From: Centroscyllium fabricii
Lineage: Eukaryota
DNA: 64,000 bases
NCBI GenBank assembly: GCA_051313645.2
Contig: JBNRSN020000005.1
Location: 82,274,001 to 82,338,000, forward strand
Reading direction: 5' to 3'
Shown here: piece by piece, positions 22,641 to 36,221 of the stretch
Position numbering within the stretch: position 1 is the stretch's first letter
Layout: every line of letters begins with the position of its first letter
Made by a program: the position numbers and the translations under genes
The notes under the pieces: generated by a model
Seen by the model: the letters and a program-made list of their open reading frames with translations, nothing else
Told to the model about the DNA's origin: nothing
The model's database searches: none

Positions 22641-25560
22641 TGCCCCGGCTGGGGCCCCAGCTAGCGGAGGGCCCCCACACACACACACACACACACACCT
22701 CGACCTCAGCCACTGTCGACCAGGCTAGGCCGCACACCCAATCAAATTCCATGATGGGGATTAAAGTGGACGGGCACATCACTAACTGCCTATTCGACAC
22801 CAGTAGCACAGAGAGCTTCATCCACCCCGATACAGTGCGGCGCTATGCACTGCGGACCCAGCCCATGCACTACCAAATCTCCCTTGCCTCAAAGTCCCAC
22901 ACGGCGGATGTCACCGGCTACTGCTCCGTCACGCTCACAGTCAGGGACTGCGTCTACCGCAATTTCAAACTGTACATCCTACAGCAGTTGTGTGCCCCAG
23001 TTTTACTGGGACTGGATTTCCAGTGCCACCTGAAGAGCGTGACAATCGATTTCGGTGGGACCCTGGCCCCCCTCACCGTCAGTAGCCGGGACAATCCCCA
23101 CTTAAAGCGGAGCTCGACTTGCGGCCTGTCCACCCTGAAAGTCGACCCCCCCTCGCTGTTCGCCAACCTCGACCCCAATTGCAAACCGATTGCTACTAAA
23201 AGTCGGCGTTACAGTGCAGGGGACCGGGCGTTTATCAGGTCGGAAGTCGGGCATATGCTGCAAGAGGGGATCATTGAGGCCAGCACCAGCCCCTGGCGGG
23301 CCCAGGTCGTGGTGGTTAAGACGGGCGAGAAGCTGCGCATGGTCATTGACTATAGCCAGACGGTTAACCGCTAGACCGGGCTCGACGCCTACCCCCTTCC
23401 CCGCATCTCTTATATGGTAAACCAGATCGCCCAGTACAAGGTCTTTTCAACAATCGACCTCAAGTCGGCGTATCACCAACCCCCCATCCGGAAATCCGAC
23501 CGCCAGTACACCGCCTTTGAGGTGAACGGCCGGCTCTACCACTTCCTCCGGGTCCCCTTCGGCGTGACCAACGGAGTGTCGGTGTTCCAAAGGGAGATGG
23601 ACCGTATGGTTGACCAGAACGGGTTGCAGGCCACCTTCCCCTACCTGGACAACGTGACCATCTGTGGCCATGATCAGCAGGACCACGATGCCAACCTCGC
23701 CAAATTCCTGCACACGGCGAAACGGCTAGATCTCACGTACAGTAAAGACAAGTGTGTCTTTAGTACAGATCGGCTCGCTATCTTCTGATATATGGTGGAA
23801 AACGGGGTCCTCGGCCCCGACCCACAGCGTATGCGCCCCTTGCTAGAGCTGCCCTTACCTCACAACCCCAAAGCCCTGAGGAGATGTCTGGGATTTTTTT
23901 CCTATTACGTGCAATGGGTCCCCCAGTACGCGGATAAGGCCAGACTGCTCCTCAAGGCTGATGTCTTTCCCCAAACGGCATTCGCCCGGATTAAGGAAGA
24001 CATTATCAAGGCGACCATGCACGCCGTTGATGAGTCCATCCCTTTCCAGGTGGAGAGTGACGCTTCGGACTTTGCCCTTGCCGCCACCCTGAACCAGGCA
24101 GTCAGGCCTATAGCGTTTTTCTCCCGGACCCTACAGGGACCCGAAACTCGCCACTCAGCGGTGGAAAAGGAGGCCCAGGCCATCGTGAAGGCAGTGCGCT
24201 ACTGGCGTCATTACCTGGTCGGTAAGCGTTTTACCCTGCTCACTGACCAACGGTCGGTAGCGTTTATGTTTAATAATAAACAACGGGGTAAAATCAAGAA
24301 TGATAAGATCCTTCGGTGGCGGATCGAACTCTCGACTTACGAGTACAACATTCTTTACCGCCCAGGCGAACTCAACGAACCCCCGGACGCACTGTCCAAG
24401 GGAACGTGCGCCAGCGCCCAGCTGGACCGGCTGAAGGCCCTCCACGATCGCCTCTGCCACCCGGGTGTCACCAGACTCGCCCACTTCATAAAATCCCATA
24501 GCCTCCCCTACTCCATCACGGAGATAAAGGCTATGACCAAAGAGTGCCCTGTCTGTGCCGAGTGCAAACCCCAATTTTACAGGCCAGACACGGCGCACAT
24601 CATCAAGGCCACCCGCCCCTTTGAACGTCTGAGCGTGGACTTCAAAGGCCCCCTCCCATCCACTGACCGCAACTCGTATTTCCTCACGGTCATAGACGAG
24701 TTCTCACGCTTCCCCTTCACCTTCCCCTGCCCAGACATGACAAGCGCAACGGTGATGAGGCACTTCACCACGCTGTTCGCCATTTTCGGTCTCCCCAGCT
24801 ACATCCATAGCGACCGGGGGTCGTCATTCATGAGCGACGAACTGCGCCAATTTCTGCTTCAGAAAGGGGTTGCCTCAAGTAGAACGACCAGTTACAACCC
24901 CCGGGGGAACGGCCAGGTAGAAAGGGAGAACGGGACTATCTGGAAGGCGGTCAACCTGGGCCTGAATTCCAGAGGTCTTCCAGTTTCCTGTTGGCAGGAG
25001 GTCCTCCCAGATGCGCTCCATTCTATTCGCTCTCTGTTGTGTACCGCCACTAACTCCACACCTCATGATCTGTTGTTTTCCTTCCCCAGGAAGTCGACTT
25101 CGGGGACAGCACTCCCACCGTGGCTCACGACGCCGGGGCCGGTCTTGCTTAGAAAGCATGTCCGCGGCCACAAGACCGACCCCCGGTGGAACGGGTGCAT
25201 CTGCTGCACGCCAACCCGCAGTATGCCTACGTAACATTCTCACACGGGCGCGAGGACACAGTATCGATCAGGGACCTGGTGCCCGCCGGGAGCACTAGGG
25301 CAGAACCACCAGTCGTGCCTCAGCCCGACCAGCCACCACCCACCGACTACTGGCCCTCATACACACACACACCGGGGCCCTCGACAACACCAACCGCCGA
25401 CCTAGGATCGAACACCGCGCTGCCAGCACCGTGGCCGAAGAACCCGACCCCGGCACCAGCACCGATCCCGGCACCGCAACCGGCACCAGCACCGTTACCG
25501 GAACCCCGGCAGTCCTCGAGGCAGACACGACCGCCGGAGAGACTGATAGCGCAGTGCTAA
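22406..25560 (+). pseudogene. pol: Gypsy pol (protease, RT, RNase H, integrase) with stops at 23372 and 23786 and a frameshift near 25185
   Basis: LFDTSSTESFI (protease; DTS rather than DTG), RMVIDY, IDLKSAYHQ, PFGVTN, YLDNVT (RT), ESDASD..EKEA..LTDQRS (RNase H), HHCC and D,D35E core (VDFKGP, HSDRGSSF, GQVERENG). Confidence 0.96.
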
Positions 25561-25647
25561 AGGACACAAAAAATGTTTTTTCTTTTCTCTGGTTACTGTT
25601 TTCTCTCTCGTTCACCCCGCCGGACTTATTTTTAAAGAAGGGGTGAA

Positions 25648-25908
25648 TGTGGTAACCGTTGTTACCATCTGTGTATAGTTGTGTATAGTTGCGAGTGCAT
25701 TGGCGGGACTTGATCTGTATACTGTATGTAAGGCCAGGTCAGCCACACCTCTAACTCCTCCCCTCAGGTGGGAGCTTATAGGTAAGGGCCACCCTGCCCC
25801 CGTTCATTCTCACCTTGTGCTCGACTGGAGACTAGCTCCATTATAAAGTTAATAAAAGCCTGTAGTTAAGGTAACTACTCGTCTTTTGTCTTAATTGACG
25901 ATACGTCA
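25648..25908 (+). repeat. 3' LTR
   Basis: Follows the PPT, matches 20765-21025, followed by TSD ACCAG. Confidence 0.97.
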
Positions 25909-26835
25909 ACCAGCTGAAATATAAAGAAAGGTAGCCATGAGCCCTTTTTTCTGCTAAAACTTGTAGGTAAGTTAAATTTTGAAGGACTGCTAGTTTGTGT
26001 GTTCAAGTCACCCTCATGACGTCAGCTATATTTTGAATTTAAGATGTCATAAAAGTAAGCTTAACACACGAACAAAGTCCTCAATGCTGAAGGAGCACAG
26101 AGTGCACTAACTAGAGGAATAAAAAAACAGACAAATTTACTTCTAGCAGGAAAAAAAGATGGTTCTTGGCATAACTAAGACCCTGAAATGATTGTAGATA
26201 TGGCCTTTCACCAGACTGGAAGAAAATGCAGAATGGAGAAGAGAATGGTTGGAGTAGGGCTGAGGAATGGGGTGTGGAGCAGGAGAACCTAAAAGTAGAT
26301 GAGGAAAAATAACTCATTTAAATTAGTTTCAAAAGCATCTCAACATGCGGGAAAAGGAGTAGGTCATTCGGCCCACTAAGCCTGCTCCATCATTTTGGGA
26401 ACCATAGCAGATCTATCTTTTTAATTCCCGATTCCTACCCGCTCTCTGTATCCTTTATTAATCTTATTTCCCAATATAATTAGCAAATGTGTTAGTTGAC
26501 TACTAAATATCTTGTGAGACAATTTAACCTTGACTGTTACAATGTTAACAGTATAGTTTGAGGAGGGATTAGATAATGCAGTTATCTGTATATCATGTAT
26601 GCTTAGAATTTTCATTTTTCTTTATTTTAATTCCATGTTTGTGCTCATCAAGGAGTGCAGTGCTAAAACCAGGGCATCCAGTGTCTGTACCAAGCACTTC
26701 CGAATCAGTATGGAATGATCAGATAAAGATTAAAGCTCCCTCTGTTTTGCTAATATACTCAGAACATTACCCTCTTCGGCAGCAATATGATTTTTCCATA
26801 TTCTACACTAGCAGTGATCCCTGTGACCTCTAAAT

Positions 26836-27379
26836 CAGGGGTCCCCAACCTTTTTGCGACCGCGGCCCATTTTGGGCTTGTCAATTTTTTCACAGACCGG
26901 GGGTTGGGGTGCTGGCGGAGATTTTTTGACTGACCGGGGGGGGTGCTGGCGGAGTTTTTTTGACTGACCGGGGGGGGGGGGGGGGGGGTTCTGGCGGAGA
27001 TTTTTTGTCTGACCGGTGGGGGGGGTGCTGGCGGTGTTTTTTTAACTGACGGGGGGGGAGGGGTTGCTGGCGGAGTTTTTTTGACTGACCGGCGGGGGTG
27101 CTGTCTTCCGTCTGCTCACTGCCCCGTGTCCTAACTCACACCAAGTCCGATTCACAGACCCTGCCGCGGCCCGTCGGCAATTGATCTGCGCATGCGCCGA
27201 TTCACAGACCCTGCCGCGGACCGTCGGCGAATGATCTGCGCATGCGCCGATTCACAGACCCTGCCGCGGACCGTCGGCGAATGATCTGTGCATGCGCCGA
27301 TTTACAGAACCTTCTGCGGACCGGTAAAACTGTCCCGCGGACCGGCACCGGTCCGCGGACTGGCGGTTGGGGACCACTG
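26836..27379. mobile_element. hAT (Charlie/MER1-like) MITE with two internal minisatellites
   Basis: TIR CAGGGGTCCCCAACC / GGTTGGGGACCACTG; perfect 8-bp TSD CTCTAAAT (26828-26835, 27380-27387); about five G-rich units (26907-27100) and about 3.5 copies of a 50-bp unit (27147-27325). Confidence 0.95.
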
Positions 27380-30300
27380 CTCTAAATCACCTATTTTACT
27401 CAATTTAGTGGCGATAAGTGGCAAATTATGGGCACTCTTGTGCTGTGGACTCACGCAAGCTAATAACGGAGTTGGGACTTCCTAAATTTATTTTACATCG
27501 AATCCGTACAGTGAGCAGAGGGAGGAGAGCTTCATCTGCTCCGTCTCTGCTGGACTAAAAGCCTTGTCCCAAAGATGAAAAGACAGCGTGACACCCAACC
27601 CCTTTTATTTAGGATGTTTGATTGTTTTTGGTCAGACTGGCTCCCTCATTCAACGAGGTTCTTTTCCTCATACATCCTGCAGGGCTTTGATTCGTAGCAA
27701 CCCTGTTACCATACATATATATATATATATAATGATGCATGCTTCAACATACCTTAGCCAGTGCTGTACTGTGCACTCCGCGGGAGCATCAACCCTCAAA
27801 ATAAATCAGGTTCTCCTCATGTAAACACCATGACCGCCTTTAGGCATTTTAACAAGGTAAAACACAGGAACTCTTAAGTTATTTAGAATGAAATGATTTG
27901 AATTGGATCTGAGTCCCATGTAAACTGAACTTAAGAGGCTTATTTCCCAAGCTGTTCTTTATTAGCTGAAATTATTGTCCACCAATTGTGCACATTACAG
28001 CTACACAGCATTCTGCTGCCAGAGAGAGTCTAAACAGCAAAAAATGTAGAAGCAACTGAAATAGCAGGGCATGGAGTTCAAATGTAAAAAAATTGCCAAC
28101 ACATTTCTACCATACCTCCTACTGCATTGGAGGCATTTGTTCAGGTACCCAATTACAGTAATGTGGTATGCAGTACCTTGATAGGTGTTTCTATACCAAG
28201 CCAGAAGAAACAATTGTAATCCTTTAAATGCACTTAAGAAATTGATGTTACAGCCCCACAATCTGTTGCAGGACTTGCTTCCTGGCTGATTGCAAGTATT
28301 TCTATCTTAATTGGATCACTGGAATGTGATCTGTATTTTGGTTTTAAGATTATGTAAGACTGTGACTTTGTTGTGACAGCCTAAAACAGATGCTGAATTG
28401 ATGGATATTCTGACCCTTAATGTAGATAAGTGGTATTTGCAAATCTGTCCACATAGATCCTTGGAAAAACTGCATTAAAAAAGACAGTGTCCATCTTGTG
28501 TAGGAACTTTAACTTAATTTTCATTTCTTTAATTTAATACCATAGCTGTACAGAACTGCCATAGATCAGCCCAACAGATTCTGAGATGAATTGTTTATTA
28601 ATCCATTTTTAAATTGTACTGAAAGTGGATTTATAGCAATGACATATTTATGGTATTGTATGTGGTATTTGGTTTAGTTTATAAGTCATATTGATTTTGT
28701 AAGTCATCAGACCCCAAAGGACAACATATTTCCTGCTATTATTTAATATAACCCCCATAACCAAAACTAGTCATAAAGTACACGAATGTTGCTACAGTTA
28801 GCTTTGATTCACACTCCTTATTTAGAGTGGTTAGGACCAGATATTTGCCTTTCCGGTCACATTCTTGAACTGAACCATATGCCAGCGTCTATACCAAATT
28901 TGCTAAAATAAATGTAATTTTGAAGAGCTAAAGTAGAAAATGTTCCCTCTGATATCATAGATGTGAAAGTACTGTCTTAATAGTGAACTTGATTACTGAA
29001 CATCAAGAATGAATAAGCATGTGGCATGTTTAATGGGAACCATTTTAGCTTTTGTTGCACTGCATTGCACCGTAGTTCAAAGTAGTGTCTGGAATTTCTT
29101 ACAGAATTTGTAGGTGCACTTGAAGGTTTTGATCATATGCATTACATGAACTAAAGATATGTCAGGGTTAGTGACATGTAATTCTGAAAGGTTCTGAACA
29201 GAGTCAGTGACAATTTAGCTTGTTGAATACAGAATTTAAAGGAATGTGTGATTTTATTCTTCTCTATCCAAGCTCTCCTTGTCAACATATCCAAATCAGA
29301 CTCCACCAATGTTTTATAATGAGTATCGTGAGCATGTTATTATTTTAAGGCCACTTTAAAATTAATAGCCATCATACTGTGTACACTACAGCAACCAAGC
29401 TAGTTATACACTTAATATAAGCTGTATAATCGTTATCAGGTTTCTTTCCCTTATAAAATGTACACGTTTAAAAAAAAAAGGGATATGATTTGACTCTTTA
29501 CCCTTGAAATTAGCCACTGTTATAATAATGTGATAAAATAATCTGGGGAACCAGTTGGTGAAGGTTGAATGAACTTCCTCAATACCAGGCCTGCTGTATG
29601 TACTATGAACCAGCATCAAGGGCAATGCACATTTAGTCACATGGGATTGCAAGTTGTGTTCTAAGGACACCTTCGATAGTGTCCAAATGATGGATGTGGG
29701 GCTCATTTACTACCCTTCCCTCATTCTACCCCAGGTGTAGCTGAGACCTATGTAATACTAAGGGCATAGTCACAGCATGATCAAAAGGTAAAAACAGAAG
29801 AAGAAGGCAACTTGTTATCAGATACTCATAGGATGGTATGATTTAGTGTTATTTGATCTAAGCCTGATGTATGGGGAAAACAGTTTCTGCTAGATGTTGC
29901 AAAATGTTTCCAGCAAATACTAATAAATTACAAGCTGTGTAAAGCTCTGCCTCTGGTCTGTTGGATAGGTGCGATACTTGTACTGGATTTTGTGGCGTGA
30001 TATTTTAGTCCATCAACATGCTACTTAAAATGGATATTCCTCCCTTGGTATAATGCATATGTAACTTGGTGTCTGAAGGTCTTATCTTTAAAATTTTAGA
30101 CCACCCTTCCTTCTTAATGGGTTCCCCTTATGGCAAATGTGATAACAGGACAGGATGAATGGGTTGCCCTTGGGTTTAAGAATCACCTCACCTTTTTCTG
30201 TATAGAAGGATGTGCAAGTTCTCAATTGTATTGCAGAGAATAATCACCTGTTTGTTCACTTGCAGTAAATATATGGCTTTTCAGCTTTAAGATCTTGTAA

Positions 30301-33300
30301 CTTCCCATTATTTATACAGTAAAAGCTCTAGTTTTCTTCCTGGGATCGTATTAGCATTCATGGTTTATTTTATCTGGTCATTTCTTACAACTTTTTTTCC
30401 AGTCTAAAGCACTGTTTATTGTATAACTGCACTGGTGTTTTCATTGATTAATTATAGTTAATTCATTTTCCATCAGTTAAATGATTTTTAATCAATTAAT
30501 TTACTTGTCATTACGCCAGCAAGTAGTCATTTGATCCAGCTGTTCAAATACTCTTAAACAAAAAAAGTACTGCGTTATGAGAAAATGAGCATCGCATTTA
30601 TTTTGAACCTTCAGTTTATTAGCAGGGCAATTAATACAAGTTTAATGGAATGTGAACAAGCCAGTTTTCACTCAAATGTAATGTTAGCATTTACTATGAC
30701 ACGGGATGTCTAAATATTTCAGATGAATATTGAATATTTCAGAGGGCATCATGTGGGAACAAACCTCAAATGGTTTCCACATACCATCTGAATCCAGTCT
30801 TTAACTCCTTTCTAGATTATATATATTTTTAATATGTTTTAAGCAAATAAATTGTTAAAGCTGCGGAAATAAAAGTCAGCTGCCATTGCTGCTGTTTCTG
30901 TAAGGTGAAGCCACTGAAGCTTGGTGACCGTGTTTGGTTCACCATGATCTTGCAGTGCCATTAGTTCTATATAGTAGAAGCTGCTCAATGTGATCACCCT
31001 TGGGAACTAACCTTATGGTAACCCAAGCAGAAGTGGCCATTTTATTTCAGAGGAGAAATGTTGTTTTCTTTGAAACATTATAATTCACAAAAAAAATGAT
31101 ATCAGTATTTTACAGTCATTCTAGAAACAGATAAAAAAATGTAAATTTACTTTTCAGGGTATAATACAGAAATAAAACTTTAAACTTATTAACTTGTACA
31201 GTAGTAATTACTGATCTCGCAAAGTGAATTTGTGTAGAAAAATGACTCTACTAAAATGATTGCACTAAGTGGTTTCAACTGCACTAATAAACTGAGCTAA
31301 CTGGATGATTCAATGAAAAAAATTTATGTTTTGGCTCTTTTAGTTAAAAAATGTAATAGAGTGTAAATATAATTTTTCACATTGTTTCGCCGGTTTTATT
31401 TTCTGGCTGCATTGCGAAGATGAAAGTAATGGTATAACCACTGATGATTTGTTTAATGAGTCCTGTAGCATAGTATTTTGTTTGGATTAAGAATTCTGAT
31501 ACATTTATGTATAATTTATACATTTAATGATTCAGTTCATTATTATAATTTCACACAGCCAAATGATATATATATTTCATGTCTGTTGCTTAGGTAAGTG
31601 CAAATGAAAACTATTATTGCTGGTTTGGTTCCAGACATAGATCTTTATTCTTGAAAAAGAAATAAACTGGCAGTTACAGAAATAAGGAAATTCAAAATCT
31701 TTTGTCTTAACACATTGTAGGAAGAGGGTGCTTATCTGTAGATCTAGTAAACTAAAGTGGTTCTAAGAAAATGACTCAAGTAATTTTATAACTACTTTTC
31801 TTTTATACAAGCCTCTTTTTTTCTCGTATTTGTAAACATCAATTTCACTGTCTTCCATTTTTTGCAATCTCTTTTGTCTCTGTCACTCAAACTATTCCAG
31901 CCCTATGCCAATTCTCACGTGGCATAATAGTTTCTGTTTTGCCGGTGCCTTGTCAAGTTTGATTCAGCAACACAAGGGCTTTAAATTAGCTGAGACGTTA
32001 CCATGCTGGGCTTCCTGTGCTGCCACAGATAGTTGTAGATCTGCTGAACCACTTGACGCACAAATTGACGATTACACTGAGAGAATAAGAAATTGCTAGC
32101 GGCGGACACCTTTTTTCATCCAGGCTCACCCATTTAAAAAACAAGGAGAATTCCCTTCACTTCTTGCTGCCTCGCTGCTAGTCTTATTGTGTTGGTGCCA
32201 GCTTCCTGCCGTGTGATTACAGCCTGGCTACATTGGGTAGTTCCTGTGAATTTTGAATCAAATAGCTTCTACAAACGTGCCACAAATTTCAATAACTTGC
32301 ACCACTGTTTCCAGCAGACAGACCATTTATCAAGGCTATTATTGGTGAGTTTTAGCTGGTGGGGAACATGCACATTCCATCGGAAAAGATGTTAAATTTC
32401 TCTTATGTTAAGTAAGGGAAATGCATTGTAATCGAAGGTGCTCATCTTAAAAAAAACCTTATTGACAATAAGTGCAAAGATCTACTATGCACCAGTAAAT
32501 AATTCATAAATATGCGCTATATTGGTGGATTATACTATTGCACTTAAACTACAGTAGTAAAAGCTGAGTAATGATAAAAACCAGCACTGTATATAATAAT
32601 TGATTTATTTGTAATTCGGTTTCAGAAAGCTAACTGGCCAATAATTTGCCCAAGCCTCCTCTGAACAGAAACTTATTTTGTATTAAAAGAATAAAGACAA
32701 GATATTTTATAAAATCTTCTTTCCCTCTGCCCTCATCCTTCAACCAGCCCTATAAGGACACGTGTTATTGATAGGTCAGCTCGACCCACCCATCATTTTT
32801 TTTTCTCCCTGTGAGATAGTAGGCTTCAATATTTTTAACTGAACTTCTCCCAGTTTTGCATACCTAACCCTCCATTCTCCGCTACTGTGGATCGCCAGCA
32901 AAGAAAACATAACCGCTGAGCAATTCCAATCTCCGTGCTGGTTAGTAATTTGACTAATATGCTTTAAAGGAAGATACAGGTCAATTGGAATCCAGCCTGT
33001 AGCGGAATTAAGCATAGCAACCTGAAAGCCTCACTATAAATACTGGCTGGCCTTCACTCTTAGAACACAAAACCCTGTCACCTCAGAACTGTGACGCCCA
33101 AACCCTTTTGTCGATGAAAGTAGATCGATAGAGTTTTTAAAACTGGCAATAGTTTTTTGGTTGATATTCAATTTTGAAATGAGATTTTTTTCCTATGCAT
33201 TTTTAGCTCTTTTTTTAATGATACTTGAGTTAATCCCTGTGGAAATCATTTGTTGACCCTCTTACTTGAGAGGGTGGGATGGAATTGGCTCCAAGTCATT

Positions 33301-33734
33301 TTCGAGCTGTTGAAAATTCAACACTGTTCAGCCAAAGGGAAATGATCTTGCAGAATGGTAAGCAGACTTAGGTTTTCCTTTCTTCCCTTTACGCTGAGAT
33401 GGAGCATGGCTCCTTGGTGCCACTCAACTAATTAAATCCATGTGGTTGGAAGAACTGTGATCTACTACCTGCATTGCTGGTCTACTGTGACTGCCTGTTA
33501 GTGTGCCCTTGAATTATTTGCTGAATCATTTGTCAATGTTTTGAATATCTCCAAAACCTTCAACAACATGAGCACTTTGTGCTTCTAATGAAGTGACCAT
33601 CATAAGGGGTCCCATGAAAGCTATCTAGTTTCCTCTCAAATCATTCCAACTGTGCTGGAGTTGTTGGCTTGTCCTCTGTTTTTTCAAGAAGTCACTGATC
33701 CACCCAGGATTCTGCCATCTTCATTGTGTACCTG

Positions 33735-34080
33735 TAGTACTACAAATCACTTAACCGCACATCCGAAAACCGAAAAGCTCCGAAAACCGAAATCCTGAGT
33801 TGCGCCGAAATAAAGTTTTTTCTTAAATAAATTGAATGAAGTGACCAGCTGCAGCATTTATCACTGAGAAAAAAGATATTTTTACCTTAAGGCAAGGTTA
33901 CAGGTTGTGGTTGATGCCGTGCCAAGGAAATAAGCCGCCGATATGCCGTTCCCCGCCTGTGCACTGGGCCGCAAACACGGAAAAGTGCATGCGCACTGGG
34001 CACCATCCGAAAACCAAAAAAACCCCGAAAACCGAGACCCATCCGGTCCCACGGATTTCGGATAAGGGATTGTGTACCTG
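33735..34080. mobile_element. Tc1/mariner-like MITE, same family as 56586-57882
   Basis: Imperfect TIRs TACAAATCACTTAACCG / CGGATAAGGGATTGTGTA; repeated CCGAAAACC; interior is reverse-homologous to 57640-57880. Confidence 0.75.
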
Positions 34081-34190
34081 GATAGTCAGTGGTTATGAGT
34101 TTTCTTTACTTGTTCCTTCTAAATTCCAAGTACACCATTGTACACACTTTTCCTGTTACATAGATCCCCAAAATGTTAAAATCAATACTT

Positions 34191-34894
34191 TGGGGAACAA
34201 TTCGGTTGCTTGCGCCTCCCGTTAGCGCCCTAAGAGGGCTGCTAATGGGGCGCAAGTCTGGGCTGGTGCCTCCCGCAATATTCAGTGGGGCGCTGGCAGG
34301 GGTGGTAGCCGGTAGCGCCCCGCGGCTCTACGCCACCGCTGATGATGTCATTGAAGTGCACAGCGCCCCGCACGCATCCCGGCCACGAACTTCAGTCGCG
34401 CCTGCTGCCGTAACGCCTGAGGCTGCCCACGATATGGTCAGGGGTGCGTGCTTGCAGTAGGGGAGCGATAATTAAAGGGAAGGGTGCCGGGCGACCATTT
34501 TTCTTGCTGGCCGACTGCCAACACCTGCCCCCTCTGCAATCCCCGGCCTTCCCCGATGACCCCCCTGCGGTGTGCTGGCTGTGCTTCATGAGCCCGGCAC
34601 TTCCCTCGAGTGCCGGGCTCCTTCAGCGGTATTCCGATCCCCGGCGGGGAGGAAGGCCTGCAGTACCACGGCGCGGCGCGGCACTCAGCATAGTGTGGCG
34701 CAGCGACCCACAGCGGCCGAAATGGAGTTGTTGCACCTAAAGAACGAGGTCGGGCACCTGCAGTAGTGCCCGAACTCCTACTTGGTGTGCTAAAACCGAA
34801 TATCCCGAGGAGCGGCGCGAGCGTTAGCCGGGTGCTAGAAGTAGCGCACCACTGAGGTTAACGCCCCAAAATGGGCGCCACCGAATTTTCCCCC
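34191..34894. mobile_element. Harbinger-type MITE family A
   Basis: TIRs GGGGAACAATTCGG / CCGAATTTTCCCCC, probable TSD CTT; shares TTGCTGGCCGACTGCCA and the GAGCCCGGCACT hairpin with 4867-5615. Confidence 0.8.
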
Positions 34895-36221
34895 CTTAAT
34901 TTGCAGCAGTGCCACCTACTCTTACTCATTCTTTCTCCGGACCATAAGGCTATAACATATGGAACTCAATAGCTCCTTCGCCCTTTCTTGGCTCGTACAA
35001 TTCTCAGGCTTTTATAATCAAGGTTGAACCCACCTGATTGTTCATTCCTGATTTATCTTACCATTATTTACAGCTCTGGTGGTGTCCTGCACAATGAGTC
35101 TTCCTTCACCTTGATTTCTCAATTTAAAAGAAACATAGATTAACCATTTGCTAGTTCCAAAACATCCGGTAATATTTTAGAAAAAAATCTACTTCACAAT
35201 TGAAGTGATTCTGTTTTATAACATAGATTAACTAAAAAAAAATCACCTAATAAATTAAAGATTGCAACTCAGTAACAGGAGCTCTGAATAAAGTGTGTTA
35301 GATTTATTTCACTGCTCATTAATTAGTCATTCATTTTTTTTCAGTATAACCAAGCCGGGTACAAGTGTTCCTATCCATAACCTGCCTGTACCCTACTGTC
35401 AGTAATTCCATCAATTTTTAAATGATTCTGAATTTTTTTTTAAAGTTCTGAATAATTTGAGCCCCTAGTCTTAAAACTCAAATGCTAATGTACTTTGCTG
35501 CCTTTGAGTGTTCATTTATGGCAAGGAGGTATCTTTGGGGAACATTTAAGAGGACCGGTTGCAGCAACAAGTTCATTTTGCATTTAAAAAAAAGAGAAAT
35601 TGACTTGTGTTTGTTTTACTACAGATGCATGCACATCTATCCTACAGCTGGGATCTAAATCTATCTTCTCTACACACTTCAGGGAATGTGCCGAGAAGAT
35701 AGATAGGAGCAGAAGAAGGGATGGTACAAAAACTGGAGGCACCGGGAGTAGATAAGAACATGATGGCATGCACCAGGGGTTTCTTAAGGAAATGATGGAA
35801 AGTAAAGGAACACTGGAAGAACTGTTTGACAACTCATTGATAACTGAGAAAATGAGTAAGAGGAAGGTTGCTAATATAATACAATAAATGTGGCAGAGGC
35901 ACAACTTGAGAAATTATGAATCATTAGTGTACCTTGGCATCTTTAATACATTGATGAAGTGATTTGAATATTATGAAGTCAAATTGTAATTATTTACCAC
36001 GTAAATTTACTGGATTTTATTGAGGTAATCAAAATATTATATCGTTTTGCCTTTTAAAAGGCATTTTGTGAAGCATCTCGCTGCAGCTTGGTCGGAAGTG
36101 TGAGGGCTTATGAAATTAGGGGCAGCAAAATAAACTAGCCCAACAACTAGGAAAAGTTCCCACTGTTTGAATTAAGGGTGGATAGCTGATGGACCTTCAG
36201 ATCGATTTTTCACAATTTAAT

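Larger units (their letters stand above)
20765..25908 (+). mobile_element. Full-length, inactivated Ty3/Gypsy LTR retrotransposon
   Basis: Two 261-bp TG...CA LTRs, 5-bp TSD ACCAG (20760-20764, 25909-25913), purine-rich tract AAAGAAGGGGTGAA (25634-25647), domain order gag-PR-RT-RH-IN. Confidence 0.98.

Noticed and set aside
25186-25560. Separate env-like third ORF
   Set aside because: It is the frameshifted integrase C-terminus with a Pro-rich tail; no signal peptide or transmembrane segment.
21510-25615. Long antisense ORFs within the Gypsy element
   Set aside because: Shadow frames of GC-rich coding sequence with no recognisable domains.
20765-25908. Paradox of near-identical LTRs with a broken interior
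   Set aside because: About 1% LTR divergence over a 4.6-kb interior is roughly compatible with a few stops and indels, so no special explanation is needed.
26907-27325. CRISPR-like repeat array
   Set aside because: Head-to-tail tandem units without unique spacers, inside a hAT MITE in eukaryotic DNA.
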